Assembly (NCBI GenBank): GCA_963844035.1 | Contig: CAWJMT010000003.1 | Location: 341,509-405,508 of the forward strand | Direction: 5' to 3' | Length of the DNA: 64,000 nucleotides | Source: an uncultured Gemmatimonadales bacterium | GTDB taxonomy: Bacteria; Gemmatimonadota; Gemmatimonadetes; Gemmatimonadales; GWC2-71-9 | In this document: positions 44,489-53,846 of the stretch, piece by piece | Layout: each line of letters opens with the position of its first letter | How positions within the stretch are numbered: the stretch's first letter is position 1 | The notes under the pieces: generated by a model | Database searches by the model: none | Told to the model about the DNA's origin: nothing | What the model saw: only the letters and a program-made list of their open reading frames with translations | Translations under genes and position numbers: made by a program

Positions 44489-44700
44489 CAGCCGTCTGCG
44501 CGCCGGCGCCGCACAAGCCGGTACTGGAGCCGGCCACCCACCAACTCCTCCAGTGCCCGCGTGGTCAGCTTCTTCTCGAGATCGACGGAGCGATCGCGCG
44601 GAAAGTCATTCACGTAGCGGGCGAACTTCGCCGCCACCAGCATCCCTAAGTACTTGTTGCCGGTCTGGGCGGCGACCTCGACGGGGGTGATGATGCGCAT
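44488..44700 (-). CDS. rpoZ: RNA polymerase omega subunit
   Basis: 70 aa, NKY...AAKFAR...ALEEL; canonical gmk-rpoZ-coaBC position. Confidence 0.85.
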   Translation of the reverse strand: MRIITPVEVAAQTGNKYLGMLVAAKFARYVNDFPRDRSVDLEKKLTTRALEELVGGRLQYRLVRRRRADG

Positions 44701-44702
44701 TG

Positions 44703-45371
44703 CTAGTGTTTGCCTTTCATCTGATTGTAGAATCGAACCTTTTCCTTTTCTAGATCGGCGGCGAACTGGTCGATCCAGCGAATCGCATCCGGCGCATCGC
44801 AGCGCCAGCCACCGCCCTGCTCCGCGATTTCCCCGAGCTCGGCCACCGCCGCATCGAGGTCGTCGTTTTTCAGCAGGCGGTCATAGCCCCGCGACTGCTG
44901 TAGCTCATGTTGCGCGCGCTCGATGCGCGCGTACAGCTGCTCGAACGATTCGCTCTTCCGGTCGCGCAAGCGCTGCAGCAGCACCTGGGGCGAGGCCGGC
45001 AACACGAACACGGCGACCGGCGCGTCCCCCTTCCATGACCGGCGTATCTTCTCGGCGCCGACCACCTCGATGTCGAGCAGCGCGTGACGGCCGCCGGCAA
45101 GAAGGCGGTCCACTTCGCTGGCCGGGGTGCCGTACATCTCCCCGGCGTACTCCGCGGTCTCGAGGAACCGGCCGTCCTGGACCCAGCGCTCGAATTCATC
45201 CCGGCTCAAGAACCGGTAGGCATCACCGTCCCGCTCGCCGGTCCGGGGCTTGCGCGTCGTGGCCGATACCGACAGACCGAACCGATCGGGACGCTGCGCG
45301 ACGAGCCTTCGCGTGATGGTCGTCTTGCCGGCGCCCGATGGCGCGGACACGATGACGACCCGCGGCGTCAC
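44703..45371 (-). CDS. gmk: Guanylate kinase
   Basis: SAPSGAGKTT, SVSATTRKPR, YGT and LLDIEV; GTG 45371 overlaps the yicC stop. Confidence 0.95.
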   Translation of the reverse strand: MTPRVVIVSAPSGAGKTTITRRLVAQRPDRFGLSVSATTRKPRTGERDGDAYRFLSRDEFERWVQDGRFLETAEYAGEMYGTPASEVDRLLAGGRHALLDIEVVGAEKIRRSWKGDAPVAVFVLPASPQVLLQRLRDRKSESFEQLYARIERAQHELQQSRGYDRLLKNDDLDAAVAELGEIAEQGGGWRCDAPDAIRWIDQFAADLEKEKVRFYNQMKGKH

Positions 45372-46243
45372 TCCAGATTCTCGAGCTGCTCGCGGAACCG
45401 CTCCAGCTCGCCTTTCATCGCGATCACCGACTGGGTGATCACGGCGTCGTTCGCCTTCGAGCCGATGGTATTTACCTCCCGCAGCAACTCCTGCGCGAGG
45501 AATCCCAGCTGCTTGCCCACCCGCCCATCGCTCGCCAACGCCTCCCGGCACGCCGCCAGGTGGGTGCGGAGCCGCACCAGCTCTTCGCTGATGTCGACCC
45601 GGTCGGCCAGCAGGGCAATCTCGACGGCCAGGCGCTGCGCGTCTACGGGGACACCGACTGCAAGTTCCGCGACGGCCCGCTTCAGCCGCTCGAGCTCCGC
45701 CGTAAGTCGCGACGGTGCGCGGGTATCCACGGTGCGAGCATGGCTGTCGATGGCATCGAGCCGTCCGGACAAGTCTGCCGCGAGCGCCTGCCCTTCCCGC
45801 TCCCGCATCGTGAGCACTTCGCGCGCGGCCTGTTCGACGATCGGCTCGAGCTCGGTCCACGTCACCGCCGCTTGGGCCTCGCCCTGGAGCGACAGCACAT
45901 CGGGGTGCCGCGCCACGAACGCGAGGTCCGGCTCGCCCTTGAGGCGGAGCTTTTTCTTGAGCTGCTTGAGCGCCGCGACCACCTGCCGCGCCCGCGCGAA
46001 ATCGACCGTGACCCCGCCGTCGCTTTGCGGCGCCTCTACCCAACGGGCCGACACCGAGACATGCCCACGATCGAGCCGCTGCCGCAAATGCTCGCGGATC
46101 TGCGTCTCGACCCCGGCCAGCTCGAACGGCAGCCGCATCTGGGGATTGTAATAGCGGTGGTTCACCGTGCGGATCTCGATCCGCAGCCGGCCGTCGTGGA
46201 CCTTCCCCTCGGCCGAACCGAACCCCGTCATGCTGCGTGGCAA
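45368..46243 (-). CDS. yicC: YicC/YloC-family endoribonuclease
   Basis: RSMTGFG, RTVNHRY, DISEELVRL, QELLREVNTIGSK and REQLENLE. Confidence 0.93.
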   Translation of the reverse strand: MPRSMTGFGSAEGKVHDGRLRIEIRTVNHRYYNPQMRLPFELAGVETQIREHLRQRLDRGHVSVSARWVEAPQSDGGVTVDFARARQVVAALKQLKKKLRLKGEPDLAFVARHPDVLSLQGEAQAAVTWTELEPIVEQAAREVLTMREREGQALAADLSGRLDAIDSHARTVDTRAPSRLTAELERLKRAVAELAVGVPVDAQRLAVEIALLADRVDISEELVRLRTHLAACREALASDGRVGKQLGFLAQELLREVNTIGSKANDAVITQSVIAMKGELERFREQLENLE

Positions 46244-46249
46244 GCTTTA

Positions 46250-46278
46250 AGTGTATCCGCGAACTACACTTACGTCAA
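46250..46278 (-). promoter_or_regulatory. Sigma70 promoter of the yicC-gmk-rpoZ cluster
   Basis: TTGACG, 17-nt spacer, TACACT, then 6 nt to the TTG start. Confidence 0.7.
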
Positions 46279-46284
46279 TCGGTG

Positions 46285-48099
46285 TCAGTTCATGAAGCGC
46301 CACACCACTCCATAGAACTGATAGTTGCGCGGGTAGTCGACCCCCGGGACGTAACCCCCCGGGAACGCCCGGGAGTTGCGATTGACCCAGTAGATGGTGA
46401 CCCCCCCGATACGGATCTGGGCATTCACGTTGATGAACGTGGCGCCCACGAGCTCCAGCGGGAGCGAGCCTGAGAGTCCGGCCGAGCTGCCGCCGCTCCA
46501 CGATTCGACCGAGGCCTCGGCGCGCAACGCAAAGACGCCGCTGCGGTACACGCGCCAGAACTTCGAGTAGAACGTGAGCGCGTAGCGCGCATAGGTGGGG
46601 GGCTCGTACGCGCCCCCGCCCCGGACCGGATCGCGGTACCAGCCCGAAAGCTGCAACCCCGGCAGCAGCCGGATCCGCCCATGGACGCTGAGATAGTTCG
46701 TCGCGGGAGTCGCGTCGAGGGACGTGACTGATAGGAGGCCGGAGGCGAAGTCCGGCGCCGGTACGAACGGGTCCCGCCGTGCGCTGCCGACTTCGAGCGT
46801 AGCCCACGGCTGCTCGAACCGTATCCCGCCGGACATGTCGGTCATTTCCTGCGTTGAGTCGGTCCCGAGTGTCGGGGCCTGGAGATCCTTGGTCCAGGTG
46901 ATGTCACCGTGCAGCGAAAAGCCGAGCGGAAACGCGAGGCCGAGCGCGAGGTGCGCGCGATCGCCGCTCCGGCTGAGGGCGTACGTGGCGTGCCGGGCGT
47001 CGGCGCTGATGGTGATCGGATGCAGCGGAATCCAGGCGGCACGTCCTTCGAGCACGAAGGGCATGCGGTCGTCTTCGGTACGGGCGATCAGGGCCGCCGA
47101 GGCACGGGAGCCCAGGATGGACAGCTCGAGGTTCGCCTGGGAGAGGGAGCTGTTGACGACGACCGAGTCGTGGCTCGCCGCCGCCCTGGCGAGCGTGAGA
47201 TCGAGCCGCGGCCCCAGCCCGTCCTCGCGCGACGCGAGAAAAAGCCGCACCTGCTGATCGACGCGGCGGGACGTGACCGGCGCGACGCGCGCGGAGTCGT
47301 CCTCGGCCCGCTCCCAGTTGGAGCTCAGTCGTTGATACGCGATCCCGAACTTTGGGCTCGGGGCGTATTCAGCTTTGAGCCAGATGTTCACGTCGTTAAA
47401 CGGCGTGGTGGTCGTTCCCGCGGGACCGGTGATGTTGTTCCAGTCGGCCACGGCCGATACGCCCAACCCGGACCGCCACCGCTTGAGGTATGCGCCGCGG
47501 TAACTGGACGTGTTGAAAAACCCCGTGGCGATCGCCACCTCGGTGAGCGGCGCGGTGGATGCCTGGCGGCGGGAAACGAGGTACACGCGCAGCGTGGCTG
47601 GGAGTACGATGACGTCCACGCGTTCGAGCGGAGCCAGGGAAATGCGTGCCGGGTCGAGATACACCGAATCGCGGCCCAAGGGGAGATAGGGAACGCCGTC
47701 CCAATACACCTCGAGCGCCGCCGGTCCACGCCCGCCAAACAAGACGATCTCTGCCTGGCCGTACAGCCCGCCCCGGGCGACGTAGACACCCGGGACGCGC
47801 AGCAACAGGTCGCTGAGCGTCTTGACGTCGGCCAACGCGAACGAATCGGTCGTGAACGTGATGCGCGAGCCGCGCGGCAGCGGTCCGGGGGGGACGGGCA
47901 TCAGGGGAAGCCCGGTGAATTTTGTCGCCGTATCGCGCGCGGTCGAGTCGCTCTCGGCGCTGTCCGCGGTGGCTTCGGTGTCGGCGACGACGGTTGGGGG
48001 CAACGGTGGGGGATGCGCCCGGCGTGTGGTGTCCACCTGCGCGCCGGCGCCGTTCGCGAGGGTGCCGAGGGCCAGAGCGAGGAGGACTGCTCGGATCAG
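46285..48099 (-). CDS. Outer-membrane beta-barrel protein with a TonB-dependent-receptor-like plug domain, probable CTG start
   Basis: Signal peptide ending AGAQ, plug-like LSDLLLRVPGV...YWDGVPY...LERVDV, amphipathic strands and C-terminal YGVVWRFMN. Confidence 0.7.
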   Translation of the reverse strand: MIRAVLLALALGTLANGAGAQVDTTRRAHPPPLPPTVVADTEATADSAESDSTARDTATKFTGLPLMPVPPGPLPRGSRITFTTDSFALADVKTLSDLLLRVPGVYVARGGLYGQAEIVLFGGRGPAALEVYWDGVPYLPLGRDSVYLDPARISLAPLERVDVIVLPATLRVYLVSRRQASTAPLTEVAIATGFFNTSSYRGAYLKRWRSGLGVSAVADWNNITGPAGTTTTPFNDVNIWLKAEYAPSPKFGIAYQRLSSNWERAEDDSARVAPVTSRRVDQQVRLFLASREDGLGPRLDLTLARAAASHDSVVVNSSLSQANLELSILGSRASAALIARTEDDRMPFVLEGRAAWIPLHPITISADARHATYALSRSGDRAHLALGLAFPLGFSLHGDITWTKDLQAPTLGTDSTQEMTDMSGGIRFEQPWATLEVGSARRDPFVPAPDFASGLLSVTSLDATPATNYLSVHGRIRLLPGLQLSGWYRDPVRGGGAYEPPTYARYALTFYSKFWRVYRSGVFALRAEASVESWSGGSSAGLSGSLPLELVGATFINVNAQIRIGGVTIYWVNRNSRAFPGGYVPGVDYPRNYQFYGVVWRFMN

Positions 48100-49598
48100 G
48101 CCCCCGCGCGCTTCAGAACGAGCTCGCTGAAGAGGCGCACGCCGACGGCCGTGGGGCCCTTGGCCTGGTACGGCGCCTCGCTTTCGGTGTAGGCGGTTCC
48201 GGCGATGTCGAGGTGGACCCAGGGGTAGCCCTCGACGAACTCCCGCAGGAACCATCCCCCGGTGATCGTGCCCGCGCCGCGGCCCCCGGAATTCTTCACG
48301 TCCGCGATGTCCGACTTGATGAGCTCGCGATAGTCGTCCCACAGCGGAAGCGGCCAGCAGCGCTCGCCGGCGCGCTCGCCGGCTTCGCGCACTTCGGCGA
48401 GCAGAGTCTCGTCGGTGCCCATGAGGCCGGTGGCGACGTGGCCGAGCGCGACGACGACCGCGCCGGTGAGCGTCGCCGCGTCCACCACCGCCGCGGGCTT
48501 GAAGCGCCGCACGTACGACAGGGCGTCGCAGAGGATCAGGCGTCCCTCGGCGTCGGTATTGATGATCTCGATCGTCTTGCCGAAATGGCTCTTGATCACG
48601 TCTCCGGGCTTGACCGCCGTACCCGAAGGAAGGTTCTCCGTGGCCGGGATCACGCCGATGACGTTGATCTTGGGCTTGAGCCGGCCCAGTACTTCGAACG
48701 TTCCGAGTACCGCCGCCGCGCCGGACATGTCGAACTTCATGTCTTCCATGTTCTGCGCCGGCTTGATCGAGATGCCGCCGGAGTCGAACGTCACACCCTT
48801 ACCGATGAGGACCAGCGGCGCTGCGTCGCCGGCGCCGCGATGCTCGATGACAATGAAGCGGGGTTCCTGCGCGCTGCCTTGCGCCACGGCGAGCAGCGCG
48901 CCCATCCCTTCCGCCTGGATTTGGGCCCGGTCGAGCACGGTGAGACGGAACCCGTGCGCATCAGCCAGCACCTTCGCCTGATTCGCGAGGTAGGCCGGGG
49001 TGCACACGTTGCCAGGCTGCATCTGGAGATAGCGCGCCAGCTGATGGCCCGCGCCGATCGCCTCCCCGATGCGCTGGCCGGCGCCGGCATCTTTCGCCTC
49101 GCGCGCGTCGCTCACGATCGCCACGCTCTCGAGCTCCGGCTTGGGTTGTTCGGGGGGCAACTTGAGCTCGGTGAACGCCCACGCGCCCTGCCCCGTCCCC
49201 TCGGCGACCGCCTGCCCCAGCTCGAGCGCGGTGGTCGCCTTCCTGGCCTCGGAGGCCACGGCGATACTGAGCTGTTTGGCGCCGAGCGCGCGGGCGCGCT
49301 TCGCGGCGACGGCCGCGGCGCGGCGGATGCTGTTGCGCGTCACGTCCGCCGGCTTGCCCATGCCGACGAGCAGGATGCGCTGGGCCTTGCCGCCGGCCGG
49401 ATAGAGCAGGCTCGTCTCGTCGCGTTTTCCCGCAAAGTCGCCGCTCGTGATCGCGCGGCCGAGCGCGCCGCCGGCGGCTTGGTCGAGGGCCGCCAGGGAA
49501 GCCGGCACCGCTGTCCCCTCGGCGAGTGCGATCGCGAGCAGTGGGGTTTCGATGGCGGCGAGTGGAGTGGTGACGACGGCGATGGACGGCTTAGACAT
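48096..49598 (-). CDS. pepA: Leucyl aminopeptidase (M17)
   Basis: GKGVTFDSGG, MKFDMSG, NTDAEGRL, ATLTG and HLDIAG. Confidence 0.96.
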   Translation of the reverse strand: MSKPSIAVVTTPLAAIETPLLAIALAEGTAVPASLAALDQAAGGALGRAITSGDFAGKRDETSLLYPAGGKAQRILLVGMGKPADVTRNSIRRAAAVAAKRARALGAKQLSIAVASEARKATTALELGQAVAEGTGQGAWAFTELKLPPEQPKPELESVAIVSDAREAKDAGAGQRIGEAIGAGHQLARYLQMQPGNVCTPAYLANQAKVLADAHGFRLTVLDRAQIQAEGMGALLAVAQGSAQEPRFIVIEHRGAGDAAPLVLIGKGVTFDSGGISIKPAQNMEDMKFDMSGAAAVLGTFEVLGRLKPKINVIGVIPATENLPSGTAVKPGDVIKSHFGKTIEIINTDAEGRLILCDALSYVRRFKPAAVVDAATLTGAVVVALGHVATGLMGTDETLLAEVREAGERAGERCWPLPLWDDYRELIKSDIADVKNSGGRGAGTITGGWFLREFVEGYPWVHLDIAGTAYTESEAPYQAKGPTAVGVRLFSELVLKRAGA

Positions 49599-50793
49599 GC
49601 TCGATAATGCACTGGGCAAAGGTGGAGGTCGAGACCTCGGTGGCCTTGGGGAGCAGGCGCGCGAGGTCGTACGTGACGCGCCCCGCCTTGATCGCGTTCG
49701 CCACGCCGCGCGTGATGCCGGCCGCGACGTCGTGCCACCCCAACTCTTCGAACATCATGGCGCCCGAGAGGATCACGCTGCAGGGGTTGATCTTGTCCTG
49801 GCCGGCGTACTTGGGTGCGGTGCCGTGCGTCGCTTCGTAGATCGCGAAGCCGTCGCCCACGTTGCCGCCCGGCGCCAGGCCGAGTCCTCCGACCTGGGCG
49901 GCAGCGGCGTCGGAGAGGAGATCGCCGGTCAGGTTCGGCGCCGCGATGACGGAATACTCGTCGGGCCGCAGCACGAGCTGGGCGAACATCGCGTCGGTGA
50001 TGCGGTCCTTTATCACCACCCGTCCCCCGTCCCCCTTCCCTTTCCCCATTTCGCTCTCAGGGATCGTTTTGTCACCAAACCGCTCCTTCGCGACCTCGTA
50101 GCCCCACTCCCGGAATCCGCCTTCGGTGAACTTCATGATGTTGCCCTTGTGCACGAGCGTCACCGATGGCTTGTGGAACTTCACCGCGTACTCGACCGCC
50201 TTCGCCACGAGGCGCTGGCTGCCGAACTTGGACATCGGCTTGATGCCGATGGCGCTCCCGGGGCGGATCTTTGCCCCGAAGCGCTCGGCCAGAAATGCGG
50301 CGATCTCGTTTGCCTCCGGGCCGTCAGCCCGGTACTCGATTCCGGAGTACACATCCTCGATGTTCTCCCGGAAAATCACGACGTCGAGGCGCTGCGGCTC
50401 GCGCATCGGGCTGGGCACGCCTTCGAAGTAGCGTACCGGCCGGATACAGGCATACAGGTCGAGCAGCTGGCGCAGGGCGACGTTGAGCGAGCGGATGCCG
50501 CCGCCCACCGGCGTGGTCAGCGGACCCTTGATGGCGACGCGGTGCTGCCGGATGGTGTCCAAGGTGGCATCGGGGAGCCAGCTACCGGTTTGCTTGAACG
50601 CCTTTTCGCCGGCCAATACTTCGAGCCATTCGACGCGCCGCTTCCCGGCCGAGACTTTCTCCACGGTGGCGTCGAATACGCGCCGCGCCGCGCGCCAGAT
50701 ATCCGGTCCGGTGCCATCCCCTTCGATGAAGGGAATGATCGGATGGTCCGACACGACCCATCGACCGTCCCGAAAATCGATGCGATCGCCCAT
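49591..50793 (-). CDS. icd: Isocitrate dehydrogenase (E. coli-type homodimer)
   Basis: IEGDGTGPDI, KGPLTTPVGGGIRSLNV, HKGNIMKFTEG and EATHGTAPKY. Confidence 0.96.
   Translation of the reverse strand: MGDRIDFRDGRWVVSDHPIIPFIEGDGTGPDIWRAARRVFDATVEKVSAGKRRVEWLEVLAGEKAFKQTGSWLPDATLDTIRQHRVAIKGPLTTPVGGGIRSLNVALRQLLDLYACIRPVRYFEGVPSPMREPQRLDVVIFRENIEDVYSGIEYRADGPEANEIAAFLAERFGAKIRPGSAIGIKPMSKFGSQRLVAKAVEYAVKFHKPSVTLVHKGNIMKFTEGGFREWGYEVAKERFGDKTIPESEMGKGKGDGGRVVIKDRITDAMFAQLVLRPDEYSVIAAPNLTGDLLSDAAAAQVGGLGLAPGGNVGDGFAIYEATHGTAPKYAGQDKINPCSVILSGAMMFEELGWHDVAAGITRGVANAIKAGRVTYDLARLLPKATEVSTSTFAQCIIEHV
50020..50047. repeat. Four tandem heptamers CC(G/T)TCCC-like, single arm, in frame inside icd
   Basis: CCGTCCC CCGTCCC CCTTCCC TTTCCCC; encodes GKGKGDGGR. 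Confidence 0.55.
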
Positions 50794-51006
50794 GTCTCAG
50801 AACGCTCCCGGCGACCGGCGGCCGCGCGAATGTGGGGACCCAGACCCTGTCCCCGTGTGAATCGGTGCTGCAGCGGAGTGCAGTCTACAAGGCTCCGCCG
50901 GGGTTGCGCCAGCGCGGGAGATACACGTTCGCACCTGCGGTCCGGCTGCTATGACCGAATGTGTTCGCGACCGGTGCAGGAAAAGGCGACGCCGCCCGGG
51001 GCCGGA

Positions 51007-52044
51007 CTACACCCGCGTCAGCGGGCGCTTTTCGGCGGCGATGAGGTCCTGGTCGGGGGTCACTTCGTCGGTAATCGGCACGCCGTTGCGGTCCTGGCGG
51101 AGCATGCGCGAGAAAAGCGACAGTTTGGGATCCAACAGGAAGTGGAACAGCAGCCGGGTCCAGGAGGTGTGGTACGAGAGGTTGTTGTAGACCTCCGGCG
51201 CGATGGCGCGAATCTGCGGGAGCCGGTTCCAGGGCACTGAGGGGAAGTCGTGGTGCTCGTTGTGGTACCCGACGTTGAACGCGAGCTTGTTCAGGAACCC
51301 GTAGTAGCTGAAGGTCTCCTGCTCTGGGTGCTCGCCGTCCGCCGTGAGATAATGGCGCTGGATCCAGCGCGCGCCCAGCGGGTGCAGGCCGATCGCGAAG
51401 AACAGCGACATGCCGAAGTACGCCACCGCCTTGGGGCCGAGGAGCATATACACGGTCACGTCCACCACGACCATGATCGCGAGATTCGTGATGCTCCACG
51501 GGTCGAGCAGCGACACTTCCTTCACCCGCATCGGCCGCACGATCTGAAACACCGGATAGAACAACAGCCACAGGGCTTTGCCCAGGGCCGAATGCCCGAT
51601 GAGCTTGGCTTCCCAGCGACCGGGGATATCGGCGTCGAGCTCATACACACCCTGAAACGAGTGGTGCTTGAGGTGATACTTGTGGAACGAGACCGAGCCC
51701 GGGAGGAACAGCGGCAGGTTGGCGATGAGCTCCGTGATCATGTTCGGCACCTTGCGCTTGAACGCCAGCCGGTGCGTGCAGTCATGGATCATCACGAAGA
51801 GCGCGTGATTCGCGAAGGCGCCCACACAGTAGGCCAGCAGGACCACGAGCCACCAGGACAGGCTGGTCACGTACCAGGCGAGTGCAAACTGGAACACCAC
51901 GATCCCGACCGTCCAGAAGAAGGTCGCCGGGTTATGGCCGATGAGCTCGCGAATTTCCGGGTGCCGCTGGAGGAGTTCCTTGGTGCGGGCCCGGTGCGGC
52001 TCGGGGGCACTCGAGTAGACGAAATCCTCGGTACTAGCCGTCAT
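51007..52044 (-). CDS. Sphingolipid delta-4 desaturase/C4-hydroxylase-like (DES/DEGS family) membrane di-iron enzyme
   Basis: N-terminal EDF...EPH..R...L..HPEI motif, His boxes HDCTH, HLKHH and HNEHH, and ETFSYYG.LN.LAFNVGYHNEHHDFP. Confidence 0.88.
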   Translation of the reverse strand: MTASTEDFVYSSAPEPHRARTKELLQRHPEIRELIGHNPATFFWTVGIVVFQFALAWYVTSLSWWLVVLLAYCVGAFANHALFVMIHDCTHRLAFKRKVPNMITELIANLPLFLPGSVSFHKYHLKHHSFQGVYELDADIPGRWEAKLIGHSALGKALWLLFYPVFQIVRPMRVKEVSLLDPWSITNLAIMVVVDVTVYMLLGPKAVAYFGMSLFFAIGLHPLGARWIQRHYLTADGEHPEQETFSYYGFLNKLAFNVGYHNEHHDFPSVPWNRLPQIRAIAPEVYNNLSYHTSWTRLLFHFLLDPKLSLFSRMLRQDRNGVPITDEVTPDQDLIAAEKRPLTRV

Positions 52045-52189
52045 GCGACGCTCGGCGGAATAGGGGAAACGTCTCGTGCTGGCACATGTCTAAGAAAACA
52101 GTTTGGGCCGGTTGGCGCCAGTTCCATCTTGCCGCCTCAGGCCTGCTCGGGGGGACCCGTGAGGGATTCCGCTCCGCCGCCTGCACGCT

Positions 52190-52202
52190 CAGAATGATTC
52201 TG
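52190..52202. promoter_or_regulatory. Perfect 6-1-6 palindrome, candidate operator
   Basis: CAGAAT-G-ATTCTG in the divergent desaturase/DUF1499 spacer. Confidence 0.4.
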
Positions 52203-52246
52203 TTACAGTCTCAGCCCTCTCCTCGCCAGGAGTGTCCGTGAGGACC

Positions 52247-53005
52247 ATGTCCCATCCCGTGAGAGTGTCCGCAACGTCCTCGGCCCTTCGCCTTGTCGCC
52301 GTGCTCGGCTGCACAGTCGCGGTGCTCTCCGGTCTCGCGCTCGCCGCGTCGGGGTTCGGGTACCGGTGGGAATGGTGGGGCCTTGGCCCCGCCATCAGGA
52401 TCCTGCGGTGGAGCGCCTACGGCGGTGTGGTGGCCGGCGTGCTTTCGATGATCGTCGTCGTCGGGGCATGGCTCGGAGCAGCGCGCGACGGCACCCAGAT
52501 CGCGTTCGCCGGCCTATTGGTGAGCATCGTGGTGGTGGGAATACCGTGGACCGAGCGGCAACGCTTCCGGCGTGCTCCGCCGATTCATGACGTCACCACC
52601 GATACGGTGCATCCGCCGGCATTCATCGCCGTCCTGCCGCTACGTGCAGCGGCGCCGAACAGCGCCGAATACGGCGGCGCAGAGATCGCCGCCCAGCAGC
52701 TCGCCGCGTACCCCGATATCCAGCCGGTGCTGCTCCCACTGGCACCGGCAGATGCCTATCAGCGAGCGCTCGGTGTGGCGCTCGAGACGGGCTGGACGAT
52801 TGTAGCGCGAGACTCGGCGGCAGGCCGGATCGAAGCAACGGCGACCAGCTTCTGGTACGGCTTCAAGGATGATTTGGTGATTCGTCTGACGGTTGGCGAC
52901 GGCGGGACGCGCGTGGACGTGCGATCGGTGTCACGGGTGGGACAGAGCGACCTGGGCACCAACGCCCGTCGCATTCGGAAGTACGTTAGGCGATTGCAGT
53001 CATGA
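52247..53005 (+). CDS. DUF1499-domain membrane protein
   Basis: 3 TM helices, PPIHDVTTD, QLAAYPDI, FWYGFKDD and DVRSVSRVGQSDLGTNARRI. Confidence 0.88.
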   Translation: MSHPVRVSATSSALRLVAVLGCTVAVLSGLALAASGFGYRWEWWGLGPAIRILRWSAYGGVVAGVLSMIVVVGAWLGAARDGTQIAFAGLLVSIVVVGIPWTERQRFRRAPPIHDVTTDTVHPPAFIAVLPLRAAAPNSAEYGGAEIAAQQLAAYPDIQPVLLPLAPADAYQRALGVALETGWTIVARDSAAGRIEATATSFWYGFKDDLVIRLTVGDGGTRVDVRSVSRVGQSDLGTNARRIRKYVRRLQS

Positions 53006-53179
53006 TGCAGGCTTATGCGTAGGTAAGCGCCGGATGTCGAACGCCACCATGGTAGGGACCTCCTCCCTGCCCGCGAGCCAGTCCCCCACTTCCGCCGTCC
53101 TCACGCCCAGTTTCTCGGCAAGCTGAGATTGCCGCAACCCGGTACGCTGGAGCTCCCGCTTGAGCTTGAGCGGCGTCAT
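53000..53179 (-). CDS. Small XRE/Cro-like helix-turn-helix protein (59 aa, missing from the ORF track)
   Basis: MTPLKLKRELQRTGLRQSQLAEKLGVRTAEVGDWLAGREEVP...; the ATG directly follows the upstream stop. Confidence 0.7.
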   Translation of the reverse strand: MTPLKLKRELQRTGLRQSQLAEKLGVRTAEVGDWLAGREEVPTMVAFDIRRLPTHKPAS

Positions 53180-53752
53180 TCAGGTTCCCCGCGCGATCGT
53201 TAGCCGAGCCCGCGTGTTTTCCCACTCAAACACGAAGGTCAGATTGCCGTCGGGCCCGGGCACGAGCCGAATCGTCATCTTCTCGATGGGCCCTTCCGTT
53301 CGCTCGGTCGGCACGGTCACCGAGCCCACGTCGAGCGCGACCAGCTCGCGGTTGATCGGAATCCCCCACCGTTCGGCCTTGGCGTTCACTGTGATCTTGA
53401 GCGAGCCGGAATCGGGGGTCGCGTACAACGAGTAGACACCCGGTTTGAGAGCGACGGTGCCGAACTTGACGGCCACGGGCACATGGATGGTGGTCGCCTC
53501 GTTGGCGCCCAAACGCCACGCCTGGCGCAGCGGAAGTATCCCGCCGAGCATCGTGCGACCGCGGGCGCTCGGGCGACCGTAGCAGACCTTCACCTCCCCG
53601 TTCCCGAAGGGGGCGACGGCGGAGTCGAGCGGGCTCGGGCGTGTGGCCAGGTCCGCGCGTGCTCCGTTGAACCAGCAGGAGTCGGCAGCCGCGGCCGTCG
53701 GGGCTGCCCCGACGAGCAGGCTGCTAAGGACCAGGGGGATCGTAAGGATCAT
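53180..53752 (-). CDS. DUF2911-family secreted protein
   Basis: Signal peptide, RPSP, YGRPSARGR, WRLGANEAT, YSLY and FEWENT; AAGGAG Shine-Dalgarno. Confidence 0.85.
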   Translation of the reverse strand: MILTIPLVLSSLLVGAAPTAAAADSCWFNGARADLATRPSPLDSAVAPFGNGEVKVCYGRPSARGRTMLGGILPLRQAWRLGANEATTIHVPVAVKFGTVALKPGVYSLYATPDSGSLKITVNAKAERWGIPINRELVALDVGSVTVPTERTEGPIEKMTIRLVPGPDGNLTFVFEWENTRARLTIARGT

Positions 53753-53846
53753 GTCGCTCTCCTTGCGGTGTTCAAGGGCACCCGGGGGAGAAGGCTACAG
53801 GCGTGGCCGCCGTTCGCCATTGCCCCTTGGTTCACCATCTTCGAGA

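Noticed and set aside
50794..51006. Riboswitch or ncRNA in the 210-bp spacer upstream of icd
   Set aside because: Only short GC hairpins and a possible TAGACT -10 box; no recognisable aptamer. An Rfam/Infernal search would settle it.
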